Source of the DNA: Candidatus Eiseniibacteriota bacterium
GTDB lineage: Bacteria > Eisenbacteria > RBG-16-71-46 > CAVPCR01
DNA length: 64,000 nucleotides
Reading direction: 5' to 3'
Assembly (NCBI GenBank): GCA_963702435.1
Contig: CAVPCR010000001.1
Location: 1,248,001-1,312,000, forward strand
Both the position numbers and the translations under genes were made by a program. The notes below the pieces were generated by a model. The model had not been told where the DNA came from. It made no database searches and worked only from the letters and a program-made list of their open reading frames with translations. Positions 10,289 to 24,353 of this stretch are shown piece by piece. Numbering within the stretch: the first letter of the stretch is position 1; the number at the start of each line of letters is the position of its first letter.

Positions 10289-10852
10289 TTATCGTGCGTT
10301 CTCGCCGCGTGCGATCGCGGTCGTCCACCGCCCGTCCGCTCCCCGCCAGCACGCCACGCGGTGGCCGCCGGCGGCCAGCATCTGGATGAGCGGCTCCGGC
10401 CGGAACGAGCTTGCGATCTCGATCATGCTCTCCGCGTCGAGCGCGGCGGCGAGGTGCTGCACGCGCCCGAGTGGGTGCTCGTTCCGGTTCAGCATCGCGT
10501 CGGCGTCCAGGCGCTCGACGACGCGCCGCCCGGCGATCCAGGACGGCGGGGAGTCCGCCGCGGCTCCACGCCTCGCCACGGGCGCGGCCGGGGCGGGCGC
10601 GACCGGGGCCGGCGCGACCTCTGCATCCGCCTGCCCGATCTGCGCGCGCAGATGTCGCACCAGCTCGGCGACGTCCACGCCAGCGGTGACCGCTGCCGCT
10701 TGCAGTGTCGCGACCTTCGCCACCGTCCGCCTGAGAATCGGATTCCGGAGCTTCGCGAAGTGGGGCGAATAGGCGAGGAGGGCTGCCTCGAGCTCGGGAT
10801 AGGCATCGAGGATGGCGCCGACCCTGGTCTGCGGCGTGATCTCGAGCTTCAC
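10289..10852 (-). CDS. DUF1858-domain protein (C-terminal DUF2249-like region)
   Basis: ITPQTRVGAILDAYPEL...F.KL.NP.LR.TVAK.ATL. GTGA overlap with the upstream gene. Confidence 0.75.
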   Translation of the reverse strand: MKLEITPQTRVGAILDAYPELEAALLAYSPHFAKLRNPILRRTVAKVATLQAAAVTAGVDVAELVRHLRAQIGQADAEVAPAPVAPAPAAPVARRGAAADSPPSWIAGRRVVERLDADAMLNRNEHPLGRVQHLAAALDAESMIEIASSFRPEPLIQMLAAGGHRVACWRGADGRWTTAIARGENAR

Positions 10853-12072
10853 TGCGCCTCCTCGTAGGCGAGGAGTCGGCGCTCGCCGGCGAGCGCGCGC
10901 GGCCGCGTCAGGTCCTGGGTCACCTCGAGGGTGCCGAGGTAGGCGCCGCCCTCGTCGCGCACCGCGAAGTAGCGGATGTGCACGAAGCGCTCCCCCAGCA
11001 TGATCCAGAACTCGGCGACGTCCTGCGTGCCGGCCCTGAAGTCGGCCAGGATTCGATTCACGACCTCGACGCTGTGCGGCGGATGGCAGTTCTGGACCTG
11101 GCGGCCGATGATGGCCGGCGAGCGGGCGAAGATCCGGTCCCCGCCTTCTGAGAAGAAGGCCACGCGGTCATCCGCGTCGACGAAGGTCAGGTCCACCGGC
11201 AGGACCTTGATGATCGCCGCGAGCTGCGCCGGCAGCACGCTCCCGACGCCGATCGGGATGCGCCGATCCCCCGGTTCCGCTCCGGCGCCCGCCGCGGCGC
11301 GCGGTGGCACGTACTCGGTGCCGGAGGTCACGAGGCAGGTGCCGAAGGGAGCAGAGCCGCGATGGACCTCCCCCCACTCCTCCGCGCTCAGCTTCGCGTG
11401 CGCCATGGGGAAGAGAATGCGCTCCTCCTTCGCGATCATCTCCTCGATCTGGTCGAGCATCGGGATGGCGATCTCGCGCGCCACGACTCGCCACTCGTCG
11501 ACTGAGGCGTCACGGGCGGTGAGCGCCTCGCGCAGCGTCTTGAGCAGGACGCGGATGTCGTCGTCCTTCGCCCACATCACCTGCGAGGGGCCCGTCACGC
11601 CATGGCGCTCGAGAAACGAGAAGAGGGCCTGCTCCTTCCGCGCGTAGTGCTTCTCGACCTCCATCAGCTGCTCGTGGAGCTCGCGCCACCGCTGGAGCGA
11701 AGTGTCGAGATTCGGCTCGTCGATGGATGCGACGTGCTCGCGCGTGCGCCGCGTGAGATCGGCGACGGCGACGTTCTCCCGCCGGAACGTGTCGAGCGGG
11801 TGCCCGGCCGGAACCTGGATGGCGAGGCGCTCGTCGAGGAGATCGCGCAGCACCTGCGAGTGGAGATCGCACATCCGCTTGATCTCCTCCACCGGCATGC
11901 CGCCGGCCATGAGCTGCTGCTCCATGGCGACGATCTCCTCGCTCGTGGTCTCACGGACCAGCGCGGCGAGCTTCCCCTTGACCGCAGCGGGATCCGCCCC
12001 CGCGTGCAGCTCCTTGATGATCTTGCTCAGCGCGTCGACGCGCTGTTGACTGCTGTTGATGAGCTCGCTCAT
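10849..12072 (-). CDS. DUF438 - hemerythrin - PAS domain protein
   Basis: MCDLH, GHPLDTFRREN, HYARKE, VMWAKDDDIR, PVDLTFVDADD and GRQVQNCHPP. Confidence 0.85.
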   Translation of the reverse strand: MSELINSSQQRVDALSKIIKELHAGADPAAVKGKLAALVRETTSEEIVAMEQQLMAGGMPVEEIKRMCDLHSQVLRDLLDERLAIQVPAGHPLDTFRRENVAVADLTRRTREHVASIDEPNLDTSLQRWRELHEQLMEVEKHYARKEQALFSFLERHGVTGPSQVMWAKDDDIRVLLKTLREALTARDASVDEWRVVAREIAIPMLDQIEEMIAKEERILFPMAHAKLSAEEWGEVHRGSAPFGTCLVTSGTEYVPPRAAAGAGAEPGDRRIPIGVGSVLPAQLAAIIKVLPVDLTFVDADDRVAFFSEGGDRIFARSPAIIGRQVQNCHPPHSVEVVNRILADFRAGTQDVAEFWIMLGERFVHIRYFAVRDEGGAYLGTLEVTQDLTRPRALAGERRLLAYEEAQ

Positions 12073-12104
12073 GACCTCTCCGGTGGCTCTCGGCGGCGAT
12101 GCGC

Positions 12105-12764
12105 CTACGGGCAGGGGCCGCAGCTCGGATCGCCGGCGTCGTCCTCGTCATCGGCCGAGAGGATCGAGATGGTGCCGGGCGTCGCGGCGGCCGCGGGCGC
12201 CGGGACGCGGCAGACAAGCGCCCGCGCCGCCTGGAGCAGGTAGTGCTCGCTCTCGGCACCGAGCACCGCTTCGAAACGTCGCGCGACCTCGGTAGCAAAT
12301 CTGCTCACGTGCGCGGCGATGAACGTCGCGCGCGCTTCCGCCGTCGTGCGCGCGGCCTCGGCCGCGCCCTCGAACTCGGCGTACGCCACCTTCAAGCTCA
12401 GGTATCCCACGAATCCGACCGCGACGGCGAGATGATCGGTCGGATCCTCGCTCGCCGGATGGAAGGCGAAGGCCGTATGGAAGGCGCCGATGTCGGCGAG
12501 CACGCGTGCCGGATCCTCCATCCCGCGGTACGCGACCTCGCGCGGGGAGACGGCGCCGCCTGGGCCGAGGAGTGCGAGATACTCGCCCTCGCTCGCATCG
12601 CCCACTGCGCCGGCCGCGGCGCGCAGATCCGCGGCGGCGATCTCGCGCCCGAGCGCGGCGACCTCGTCGTGCCAGCCCGTGCGCGGGCGTTCGAAGAGAA
12701 GACCGAGGAGGCGCCACTCGGCGCTCGCCGCGAGGAGCGGCGCGACTGCCTGCGTCTCGTTCAT
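12105..12764 (-). CDS. TorD/DmsD/NarJ-family molybdoenzyme maturation chaperone
   Basis: EY..L.G....VSPRE..Y and EDPTDHLAV motif. TGATG overlap with the gamma subunit. Confidence 0.75.
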   Translation of the reverse strand: MNETQAVAPLLAASAEWRLLGLLFERPRTGWHDEVAALGREIAAADLRAAAGAVGDASEGEYLALLGPGGAVSPREVAYRGMEDPARVLADIGAFHTAFAFHPASEDPTDHLAVAVGFVGYLSLKVAYAEFEGAAEAARTTAEARATFIAAHVSRFATEVARRFEAVLGAESEHYLLQAARALVCRVPAPAAAATPGTISILSADDEDDAGDPSCGPCP

Positions 12765-13732
12765 CAATGCCCCGCCTTCTTCGCCGCGGTCGACTGCGCC
12801 CCCGCCGTCGCCTCGAGCGCGAGCGGCACCCAGCCCGTCCGCATCTTCCGCGCCCCCACTTCCTCGCGCCCGCCTTCCCACACCGCGAACGCCGCCTGCG
12901 TCCGCCCGGCTGCTTGGAGCGCCGCCGGCAGGGGCCGCGAGATGACGACCGCCCATCCCGTCTTCGTGCACGCGCCGCGCCCATCGGAGCGCGTCTCGGG
13001 CGCGGGCGAGAGCGAGCCAGGCCCCTCGGCAATGAGATCCTCGACCGGTCGCTGGCGCGGCCCGGCCATCGCGTTCCCGAGCGCGCGCGCGGGCGCATAG
13101 CGCGCCGTCATTGCTTGCTGCTCCGGCGAGCCCGCGGCGAGAGTCGGCGCCTGGAAGGGATAGTGGTCGACCGCGGCGTCGGGGTAGAGGGCCCGGATCG
13201 AATCCGGCCGCCCATCGACGACCGCCTGCCATGACGCGCGCCAGTAGGCGATCTCGACCGGCCGCCCCGCCTCACCCATCTGCGGCGCCGGCACGTCGGC
13301 CGCCGCTACCCCCGCCGGCAACTGGACGGCGCAACCATCCGAGAACCGGCTCGCGCCGGGGAGATCGTTGGCCGACGAATCCAGCCACGCGATGCGGAAG
13401 GCGATGCGTGTGCCGTCGGTGATCGCCTGCACGTCCACGGTCTTGGTCGACGCGGTCATGAGCCGCGGCTCGACCATGTCTTGCAGGAGGAGCGCCGCCG
13501 TGTGCACCGGCGCCTTCCTCCACTCGGGCGCGGCGGGATCGGCGGGCAGGGTCGCGCGGCGGACAGCGAGCACCTCGCCGGGCGAGCGCGGCGGCCCGCT
13601 CTTGCCGCAGGAGAGGAGCGCCGCGGCCATGAACGCAATACCCCCGAGCGCCATCAGCGTCCGCAAGCGGGTCGGACTGATCATCACTGGCTCCTTCGCA
13701 GCCGTTGCGGGCATCTCGTCGCTCCTCGTCAC
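12764..13732 (-). CDS. Gamma subunit (EbdC/NxrC-like heme-b DOMON domain), predicted lipoprotein
   Basis: Lipobox-like LLSC, W.D....D......[15 protein letters not shown] and AFAVWEG..E.GARK. Start could lie slightly downstream (~13685). Confidence 0.8.
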   Translation of the reverse strand: MTRSDEMPATAAKEPVMISPTRLRTLMALGGIAFMAAALLSCGKSGPPRSPGEVLAVRRATLPADPAAPEWRKAPVHTAALLLQDMVEPRLMTASTKTVDVQAITDGTRIAFRIAWLDSSANDLPGASRFSDGCAVQLPAGVAAADVPAPQMGEAGRPVEIAYWRASWQAVVDGRPDSIRALYPDAAVDHYPFQAPTLAAGSPEQQAMTARYAPARALGNAMAGPRQRPVEDLIAEGPGSLSPAPETRSDGRGACTKTGWAVVISRPLPAALQAAGRTQAAFAVWEGGREEVGARKMRTGWVPLALEATAGAQSTAAKKAGH

Positions 13733-14855
13733 GACACGTTCGAGCGCGCGACCCCGCGCGCCGAGTCGAAGGCGAGCCGGATGTGCACGGGCTCCCGGAG
13801 CGGGACCCGCACGATCTCGCCGCCGTCTTCTTCGAGACCGATCACCGTGTCGCCGCTCCGCTTCCAGCGCGGGACGACCCGCGGCGTCGAGCCAAAGAGG
13901 GAGAGAAGTCCGGACAGATCGGGATCATCGGCCGCGGCACGATAGGTGGCGATCGCCTGCTCGACGCCGGGCCCGAACATTTGCCGGAGGAACGCCGGCG
14001 GCACGTGCACCGGCGGTATGTAGTAGACGTTCGGCTCGAGCCCGAACTGCGGGAAGAGGGGCAGCGCGATCTTCCGCACGTGCACGAGATAATCGATCGG
14101 ATTGTCGGCGCGCGCCTTGTCCGGCGTCGAGATCCAGCCGGCGAAGCGGATCTTCCCGATGCAGTTCACGAAGCACTGCGGCTGCTCCCCCATCTCGATC
14201 TTGGGATAACACGCGATGCACTTCTCGGACGTGCCGGTCATCGGGTTGTAGAAGACCTTCTTGTAAGGACAGGCCTTCACGCACTCCTGGTAGCCGCGGC
14301 AGCGCCCCTGGTCGAGGAGCACGATCCCATCCTCCTGCCGCTTGTAGATCGAGCCGCGCGGGCAGGAGGCGAGACAGGCCGGGTAGGTGCAGTGGTTGCA
14401 GATACGGGCGAGATAGTAGAACCACACCATGTGCGGCACGCTCATCCCGGCGCCGTTCTCGATCACGCCGAGGCAATCGTCCTCGCCCACATTCGGATTG
14501 GCGTAGTCGATCTCCCCCGGCCGCCAGCCGAGCACCCTCTCGCCGGCGGGCGCCGCCTCGAAGATGGTGCGCCCCTCGTAGCGCCGGCCGCTCCAGCTCT
14601 GGGCGCCGAGCTTGTCGAGGAGATGCACGTCCCAGCCGAGCGGATAGAAGCCGTACGGCTTCGTCTCGACGTTGTTCCAGAGCATGTACTCCTGGCCCTG
14701 GCCCGAGGTCCAGGTCGTCTTGCAGGCCAGCGTGCAGGTCTGGCAGGCGATGCACTTGTTGATGTCGAAGACGGCGGCGAACTGCCGCTCCGGGCGCGAC
14801 TCGGGATACCAGTAGGACATCTCGCGGCCGATCTGCCAGTTCTTGACGCGTGCCA

Positions 14856-14856
<1 letters not shown>
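13729..14856 (-). CDS. Nitrite oxidoreductase / nitrate reductase beta (Fe-S) subunit, NxrB/NarH-like
   Basis: [65 protein letters not shown] and [14 protein letters not shown]. Confidence 0.92.
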
Positions 14857-18343
<3,487 letters not shown>

Positions 18344-18347
<4 letters not shown>

Positions 18348-20068
18348 GGTCGCACCTCCCACGTGCGAATGAAGGCGACGATCGATTCGATCTCCGAGTC
18401 GGAAAGGAGCCGCCAGGTCGTCGACGAGGTCGTGAACGGGGGCATGGTCGTTCCGCGCCGCCCGCGGCGGATGGTCTCGATCAAGTAGGTGTCGGTCGCG
18501 CTGGCGAGGAGCACCGGGTTCGCGAGCATCGGTCCCTCTCCCCCTTCACCCTTCGCCCCGTGACAGCGAGCGCAGTTGGCGACGTAGAGGCGGCCGCCGG
18601 CCGCGGGATGTGTACCGGGGGCGGCGGCAACCCAGCGCGCCGGCCGCGTCTCGACCGGCTCGGGGACGCTGCCAAGCGTGCGCACATGATCGACGACCGC
18701 TCTGATCTCCTCCGGACGGAGCCCGCCCGCCCCGTCGCCCCAGGCGGGCATCCGCCGCCCCGGCCGGCCGTGACGGACGGTCGCGGTCACGAACGAGTCG
18801 GTCGCGAGACCGAGAAAGTCGGGATTCGCGATCGCCGGGGACGGCTGCGCACCGGAGTAGCGCATGCCCTCCCCGCGCGCGCCGTGACAGGCGGCGCAAA
18901 ACGTGCCGTAGAGCGTCGCACCGTCCGTCGAGAACTCCCGTGCGCCGAACCGCTCGGCCTGGATGCGGTCAACCGGCCAGTAGGTCCCCGGAAGATCGGC
19001 GCGGCGGAGCGAGAGCATGTAGGTCGTGAGCGCCGAGATCTCCTCCTCCGCGAGCCCGAGGGCCGGCATCGCCGAGCCGGGAACGACGACCGCCGGGGCG
19101 CGGAAGTGCTCGGCGAACCAGTTCGCGAGCGTGCGCTCGCCCGGGACGTGCGTGAAGTCGAGCTGGCCCGGGTCGCGCTCCCCGACGCGCGTGAGATCGG
19201 GGCCGTCATCGCCGCCGACCCCGTTCACCTTGTGGCAACCGCGGCACCCAAGCGAATGGAAGATCGTCTTGGCCGCCATGAGCCCCGGCGCGCCGACGCG
19301 CGTGCGCAGGAAGACCGCAAGCGCGGCGCGATCGGATTCGGCGATCTCGCTCATCGAGGTTCGCCACGGGCCGGTAACGCCCGCGGCCCCCGCGGGCGAG
19401 GCCGCCCCCGCCACCGCCGAGTCGCGGTGCGCGATGTGTCGCGCGTACCACTCCGGATCGAACCCGCTCGCCCCGGCGAGCGAGAGATCGGGACCGGCGA
19501 TCTGCGCCTGCCCCGGGCGAAGCGTGCCGCCCCGCCCGTCCACCGCGTGACAGGCGAGGCAGTCGAGGCGCTCGAAGAGCGCCGCGCCGCGCGTGAACTC
19601 GTCGTGATTGGGCACGGCGAGATGCGTGTGGCAAGCGCCGCAGCCGGCATCCGATCGCGCGCCCGGGATCATCGGCTCCGGCCAGTGGTGGACCGCGCCG
19701 TGCGCGTCGTCGCTCCGGGTCGCCCGCCCTTGCCCGCCGTGGCAGATGACGCAACCGAAGTCGGCCGGATCGTGCGGTATCCGCGGGTGGCGCGCGTAGA
19801 TCGGATCGCCGTCGATCCCGCTCTCTCCCGGGGCCATGCCCAGGTGACAGCTCACGCAGCGATCCACCGCGCCCACCGCCGGCACGTACACCTGACGGAG
19901 CTGCACATTGAACTCGCGCGCCGCCTCGGGGGCGAGGCGCGTCCGGTAGCCGCGCTGGAGGACGCGCCACTCGCTCGCCACGTTTTCGCGGAGCGCTGCC
20001 CCGACCAGGAGGACGAGCGTCAAGATGCTCGTCCAGAGGAGGAGGTGCTTGTTGCGCCCGATGTTCAT
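18344..20068 (-). CDS. Membrane-anchored multiheme cytochrome c (7 CxxCH)
   Basis: N-terminal TM helix and the motifs CVSCH, CVICH, CGACH, CLACH, CRGCH, CAACH, CARCH. Confidence 0.92.
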
Positions 20069-20087
20069 GTCGCCTCTCCGCTCCCCG

Positions 20088-21623
20088 CTAGTGCGCCGGC
20101 CACTGGGACTGCGACCAGTAGAAGTCCCAGTTGGGGCCCCGGAAGTACGTGCCGACGATGGTGAGAACAAGAAAGCCGGCGAGGAAACAGGTGAAGAGCC
20201 CGAGCGCTCCGGCCCGCGTCGAGTCGTAGCGCTTGACGAGCCACATCGAGTACGCGGCGTAGATCGCGGTCAGGAGCGTGCCCGGATTGAGGAACGTGAT
20301 GACAATCTGGGGTGTCGCCGGCCACCACTGCCGGATCCAGCCGAAGCGGATGGCGAACGCCTCGATCAGGAGCACGGCGGCGAGCCCGAAGAACGCCGAG
20401 CGGAGGACGACGGCGCGGCCGCCCGGGCCGCCGAACCACTCGCCGGTGCCCACCGTCTCGCGATCGAGGTACGGAATGAGCAGGAGGCCGAGGAGGACGA
20501 TCGCCGGGATGCCCATGCCGCCCATGAACGCCGAGTAGGAGACGAGCTCCTGGAGGCCGAGGAAGTACCAGGGCGCCTTGGCCGGGTTCTCGGGCACCGC
20601 GGGGTTCGCGAGCTCCTTGAGCGGCGCGTCCCAGCCGAGCGCGAGGGCGAGACAGAGGAGCACCGTCAGCATGAAGACGCCGGCCTCGGCGTAGAAGAGA
20701 TGCGGCACCGCGGGGACCGTCTGCTCCGGCCCGCGCCCGACCGCCGGCGACTTGCCGGCGACGACCGCCGCCAGATGGTAGGTGCGCGCCGGCGCCGCGG
20801 TGAACACGGGATAGGTGCCGGGCGGCGGCGGCCCGAGCCGGCGATCGGCATCCGCCGGGCGCGCGAGCCCGCCGTCCTTCCGCACGCGCCAGAAGTGAAC
20901 GCCGAGGAGCGCCGCAAGCGCGAGCGGGAGGATCATGACGTGGAGGAGGTAGAAGCGGATGAGCGCCTCCTCGCCGATGTCCTCCGAGCCGAGGAGGAGC
21001 AGCTTCTGCAAGCCGCCGACGTCGAAGACGCTCGTGATGCCGAGCGCGTCGGTCAGCTCGCGCGGCGACTGCGCGATGTTCGAGCCGATCGTGATCGCCC
21101 AGTACGCGAGCTGGTCCCAGGGCAGGAGATAGCCGGTGAAGGAGAGACCGAGGGTCAGGACGAGGAGGCCCATTCCCATCACCCAGTTGAACTCGCGCGG
21201 CGCGCGGTAGGCGGCGGTGTAGAAGGCGCGCGCCATATGAAGAATCACCGCCACCACCATGATCTGGGCGGCCCAGCGGTGGATGTTCCGGATGAACTGC
21301 CCGGTCGGCACCACGAAGTGGATGTCCTTGATCGAGTCGTAGGCGGCGCTCGGATACGGCTTGTAATAGAACATGAGGAGAACGCCGGTCACGAGCGTGA
21401 GGAGGAACGCGGAGATCGAGATGACACCAAGACCGAATGTCGTTGACCAGCGAAGAGCCCATCGATGGACGCGCACCGAGTGGAAGTGGAGGAAGAGACT
21501 GCTGAAGACGAAGGAGGAGCGGCTGCGGTCGGTACGCGGGGTGCCGGAGCGATAGAAGCTCGTCGCGAAGCTCCGCGGGATGGCGCGAAGATTGGCGGTG
21601 AAGCGCGCGAGCCCGGTGCTCAT
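20088..21623 (-). CDS. Cytochrome b of a Rieske/cyt b complex (b6 + subunit IV-like, single chain)
   Basis: Heme-ligand His in IHRWAA..ILH and LLH..VH, TGYLLPWDQLAYWA, and Qo-motif variant KAPWYF. Confidence 0.92.
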   Translation of the reverse strand: MSTGLARFTANLRAIPRSFATSFYRSGTPRTDRSRSSFVFSSLFLHFHSVRVHRWALRWSTTFGLGVISISAFLLTLVTGVLLMFYYKPYPSAAYDSIKDIHFVVPTGQFIRNIHRWAAQIMVVAVILHMARAFYTAAYRAPREFNWVMGMGLLVLTLGLSFTGYLLPWDQLAYWAITIGSNIAQSPRELTDALGITSVFDVGGLQKLLLLGSEDIGEEALIRFYLLHVMILPLALAALLGVHFWRVRKDGGLARPADADRRLGPPPPGTYPVFTAAPARTYHLAAVVAGKSPAVGRGPEQTVPAVPHLFYAEAGVFMLTVLLCLALALGWDAPLKELANPAVPENPAKAPWYFLGLQELVSYSAFMGGMGIPAIVLLGLLLIPYLDRETVGTGEWFGGPGGRAVVLRSAFFGLAAVLLIEAFAIRFGWIRQWWPATPQIVITFLNPGTLLTAIYAAYSMWLVKRYDSTRAGALGLFTCFLAGFLVLTIVGTYFRGPNWDFYWSQSQWPAH

Positions 21624-22129
21624 GCCGGCTCCTTGGTGCCGGGGGCGATCTCCTTGCCCTCGTTCACGAGGAAGGTGCCGGCGCCGCCTGCCTTCTTGAC
21701 CTCAAGCCAGGCGAGCGCCTTCGGCGCCGGGCCCTTGGTCACGCCGCCGTCGGCGGCGAACTTGGAGCCGTGGCAGGGGCAGTCGAACCCGCTCGCCACG
21801 TGCTTCACGATGCAGCCGAGATGCGTGCAGATGAGCGAGATGGCGAAGACCCCGCCCGCGTCGCGGAAAACGGCGACCGAGCGGCCGGGCGGAACGAACG
21901 GACTCCCGGGCGCGAGCGACTCCGGAAGAGTCACGCGGAAGCGGCGGGACGGAGCGGGAATGACCGCGGCCTTCGGCAGCCGGAGCATGCCGAGCGCCGC
22001 GAAGCCGAGCGCGAGGAAGGCCGAGCCGATCGCCGCAAGCCCGAGGAAGTCGCGGCGCGGCATGAGCTCGGGATCAAGGCGGGAGCGACGGGCGACGGGG
22101 GCCGGCGACGCCTGCGCAGGCGTGCTCAT
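21620..22129 (-). CDS. Rieske [2Fe-2S] protein
   Basis: Tat-like RRDFL plus TM helix, CTHLGC and CPCHGS. ATGA overlaps on both sides. Confidence 0.93.
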   Translation of the reverse strand: MSTPAQASPAPVARRSRLDPELMPRRDFLGLAAIGSAFLALGFAALGMLRLPKAAVIPAPSRRFRVTLPESLAPGSPFVPPGRSVAVFRDAGGVFAISLICTHLGCIVKHVASGFDCPCHGSKFAADGGVTKGPAPKALAWLEVKKAGGAGTFLVNEGKEIAPGTKEPA

Positions 22130-24060
22130 GAGGACCTCCACTGCGTGGTGAACTGGACTCGCTCCATGGTGATGGCGTCCGCCGGGCAGCGCATGGCGCA
22201 GAGCGCGCAGCGGATGCAGCGGTCCTCGTCCTTGAGGATCGCGGAGTGAGCGCCGGGGTCGGCCCCGGAGCCGAGGAGGCGATCGACGAGAGAAGCGAGC
22301 TCCGGGGATGGCGCGAGCTCGTCGAGCGAGGCGAGCTTGAGACACATCGTCGGGCAGACATCGACGCAGCCGCCGCACAGGATGCAGCGCGTGCCATCGA
22401 AGACCGGCGTCACGCCGCAGTCGAGGCAGCGCGATGCTTCGAGCACGGCCTCCGCGGCGTCGTAACCGATCTCGACCTGGGCTCCCGGATTCTTGAGCCG
22501 CTCCTCCGGGGGCAACACGCGGATCTCGACCCGGCGAGTCATCTCGTAGCCGGGTTCGCGGCGGTAGCGGCCGAGATCGAGATGGGCCTCGAGCATCTCC
22601 GGCGTGAGACGCCTCCCGGTGACGTGGGCGTGGATCGAGCGCGCGGCCTTCTTGCCGGAGGCGACGGCGTCGATCAGGAGGCGCGTGCCGTGCGCGAGAT
22701 CACCCGCGACGAAGACCCCGGGCGCGGCCGTCGAGAGGGTCGCCGGATCGACCTGCGGCCAGCCCGGCCGGAACTCGGTGACATCGGTCCCTCCGTCCGC
22801 GAGGAACGAGAGATCGGTGGTCTGCCCGGCAGCGATGAGGACCGTGTCGCAGTCGAGCACGCGGCGGTCGGCATCGTCGAACACCGGAGCGAAGCGGCGA
22901 TCGGCGTCGTAGACACGGAGGCAGCGGCGGACGAGGACGCCGGCGACCCGGCCGCCGTCATCGCGCTGGATCTCGATCGGCCCGTAGCCGCCGAGGCGCT
23001 CGATCCCCTCCTCGTCCCCCTCGACGATCTCGACCGTGTCGGCCGGCATCTCCTCGAGCGTCTCGAGCGAGACGAGGCGGATCGTTCGATGGCCGGGGAG
23101 CCGTGCGGCCGTGCGCGCCGCGTCGTACGCGATCTGGCGGACGACCGTGCGCGCCACATCGTAGGCGACGTTGCCGCCCCCGATCACGACCACGCGATCG
23201 CCGAGATCGAACCGCTCGCCGAGCGCGACCGCGCGCAGGAGATCGACGCCGCCGTGAACGCCGGGACCCGGCTCGCCGGGAAGACCGAGCCCGCGCGGCC
23301 GCTTGGCGCCGACCGCGACGAGCACCGCGGCATGCGTGCGACGCAGTTCGGCGAAGCTGACGTCGCGTCCCACCGTGACTCCGCAACGGAGCTCGACGCC
23401 GAGCGCGCGCATGACCTCGATCTCGCGGCGGATGAGATCGCGCGGCAGGCGGTAGTCCGGCACGCCGAGGGCGAGCATGCCGGCAGGGACAGGCTCGGTT
23501 TCGAAAACGACGGGGACGAACCCGAGGAGCGCGAGATCGTGCGCCGCCGAGAGGCCGGCCGGTCCCGCGCCGATCACCGCCACGCGCTCACCGCGCGCGG
23601 GGGCGAAACGGCCCGCCACGGCGGCGCGGAGGATGTGCGCCATCTCCTCGGCGTCGGCGGCGATCTCGGGAACATGGGTGCGGACGGCGGCCAGCACATC
23701 GGCGGCCGGGCGGACATCGGGGCCGGCCTCCTCGCACGCGAAGCGCTTGAGCGCGCGGATGGCGATCGGGCGATCGCTGCCCAGATGAACTCCGTCCGGG
23801 TCGAGGCGCGGTATGCGACCGCGACGGCAGGCGGCTTCGCACGGTGCGCCGCAGATCCGACCGCAGATCGAGGCGAAGGGATTGGGTCCGCGCGCGATCA
23901 GGTAGGCTTCGTCGAACCGGCCGGCGGCGATCGCGCGCACGTAGCCCCGCGCGTCGGTGTGCACCGGGCACGCCTGCTGACAGGAGATCAGCCGCCGGTG
24001 ATAGCCCGCGTCGGGAATCTCGACGGCGAGTCGAGCGGGCGCTTCGGGCAGCTCGGACAC
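22126..24060 (-). CDS. NAD(P)/FAD-dependent Fe-S oxidoreductase (GltD/SudA/NfnB-like) with C-terminal 2x[4Fe-4S] domain
   Basis: CQQACP, CGRICGAPCEAAC, GAGPAG, GGGNVA, RCLDC, CILCGGCVDVCP and CIRCALCAMRCP. GTG start at 24060 has a GAGGAGGA RBS. Confidence 0.9.
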   Translation of the reverse strand: MSELPEAPARLAVEIPDAGYHRRLISCQQACPVHTDARGYVRAIAAGRFDEAYLIARGPNPFASICGRICGAPCEAACRRGRIPRLDPDGVHLGSDRPIAIRALKRFACEEAGPDVRPAADVLAAVRTHVPEIAADAEEMAHILRAAVAGRFAPARGERVAVIGAGPAGLSAAHDLALLGFVPVVFETEPVPAGMLALGVPDYRLPRDLIRREIEVMRALGVELRCGVTVGRDVSFAELRRTHAAVLVAVGAKRPRGLGLPGEPGPGVHGGVDLLRAVALGERFDLGDRVVVIGGGNVAYDVARTVVRQIAYDAARTAARLPGHRTIRLVSLETLEEMPADTVEIVEGDEEGIERLGGYGPIEIQRDDGGRVAGVLVRRCLRVYDADRRFAPVFDDADRRVLDCDTVLIAAGQTTDLSFLADGGTDVTEFRPGWPQVDPATLSTAAPGVFVAGDLAHGTRLLIDAVASGKKAARSIHAHVTGRRLTPEMLEAHLDLGRYRREPGYEMTRRVEIRVLPPEERLKNPGAQVEIGYDAAEAVLEASRCLDCGVTPVFDGTRCILCGGCVDVCPTMCLKLASLDELAPSPELASLVDRLLGSGADPGAHSAILKDEDRCIRCALCAMRCPADAITMERVQFTTQWRSS

Positions 24061-24151
24061 CCGACCGTCCTCCTCGAGGATCGTGTTCCGCGTTGGCCCG
24101 GGGCGGGGCGGGCGGATCGGTTGGGGCACCCCGGACATCTCGATCGGGGTG

Positions 24152-24184
24152 ATATTCGGACATTCCACTCCACTTGTCAACTAT
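24152..24184 (-). promoter_or_regulatory. Sigma70-type promoter of the oxidoreductase operon, possibly overlapped by an Rrf2-type operator
   Basis: TTGACA (24175-24180), 17-bp spacer, GAATAT (24152-24157). Context is ATAGTTGAC...AGTGGAATGT. Confidence 0.5.
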
Positions 24185-24353
24185 AGACACGGATCCCCGC
24201 CCGATCCCTTCGCGATGTCTTTAAGTTGTTTAATCAAATGTACTTGTAGAACCGATGAACGCCGAAACCGGGGCACCGGGATCAGTGACCGCGCCCGCCC
24301 TCTCGGGTTTTCTGGGCCGTCGACGCTACTTGGGAATCAAGACGAAGGCGGTC

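Noticed and set aside
24220..24240. FNR/CRP box
   Set aside because: Only one TTGAT/ATCAA half-site is present. The 14-bp palindrome is not met.
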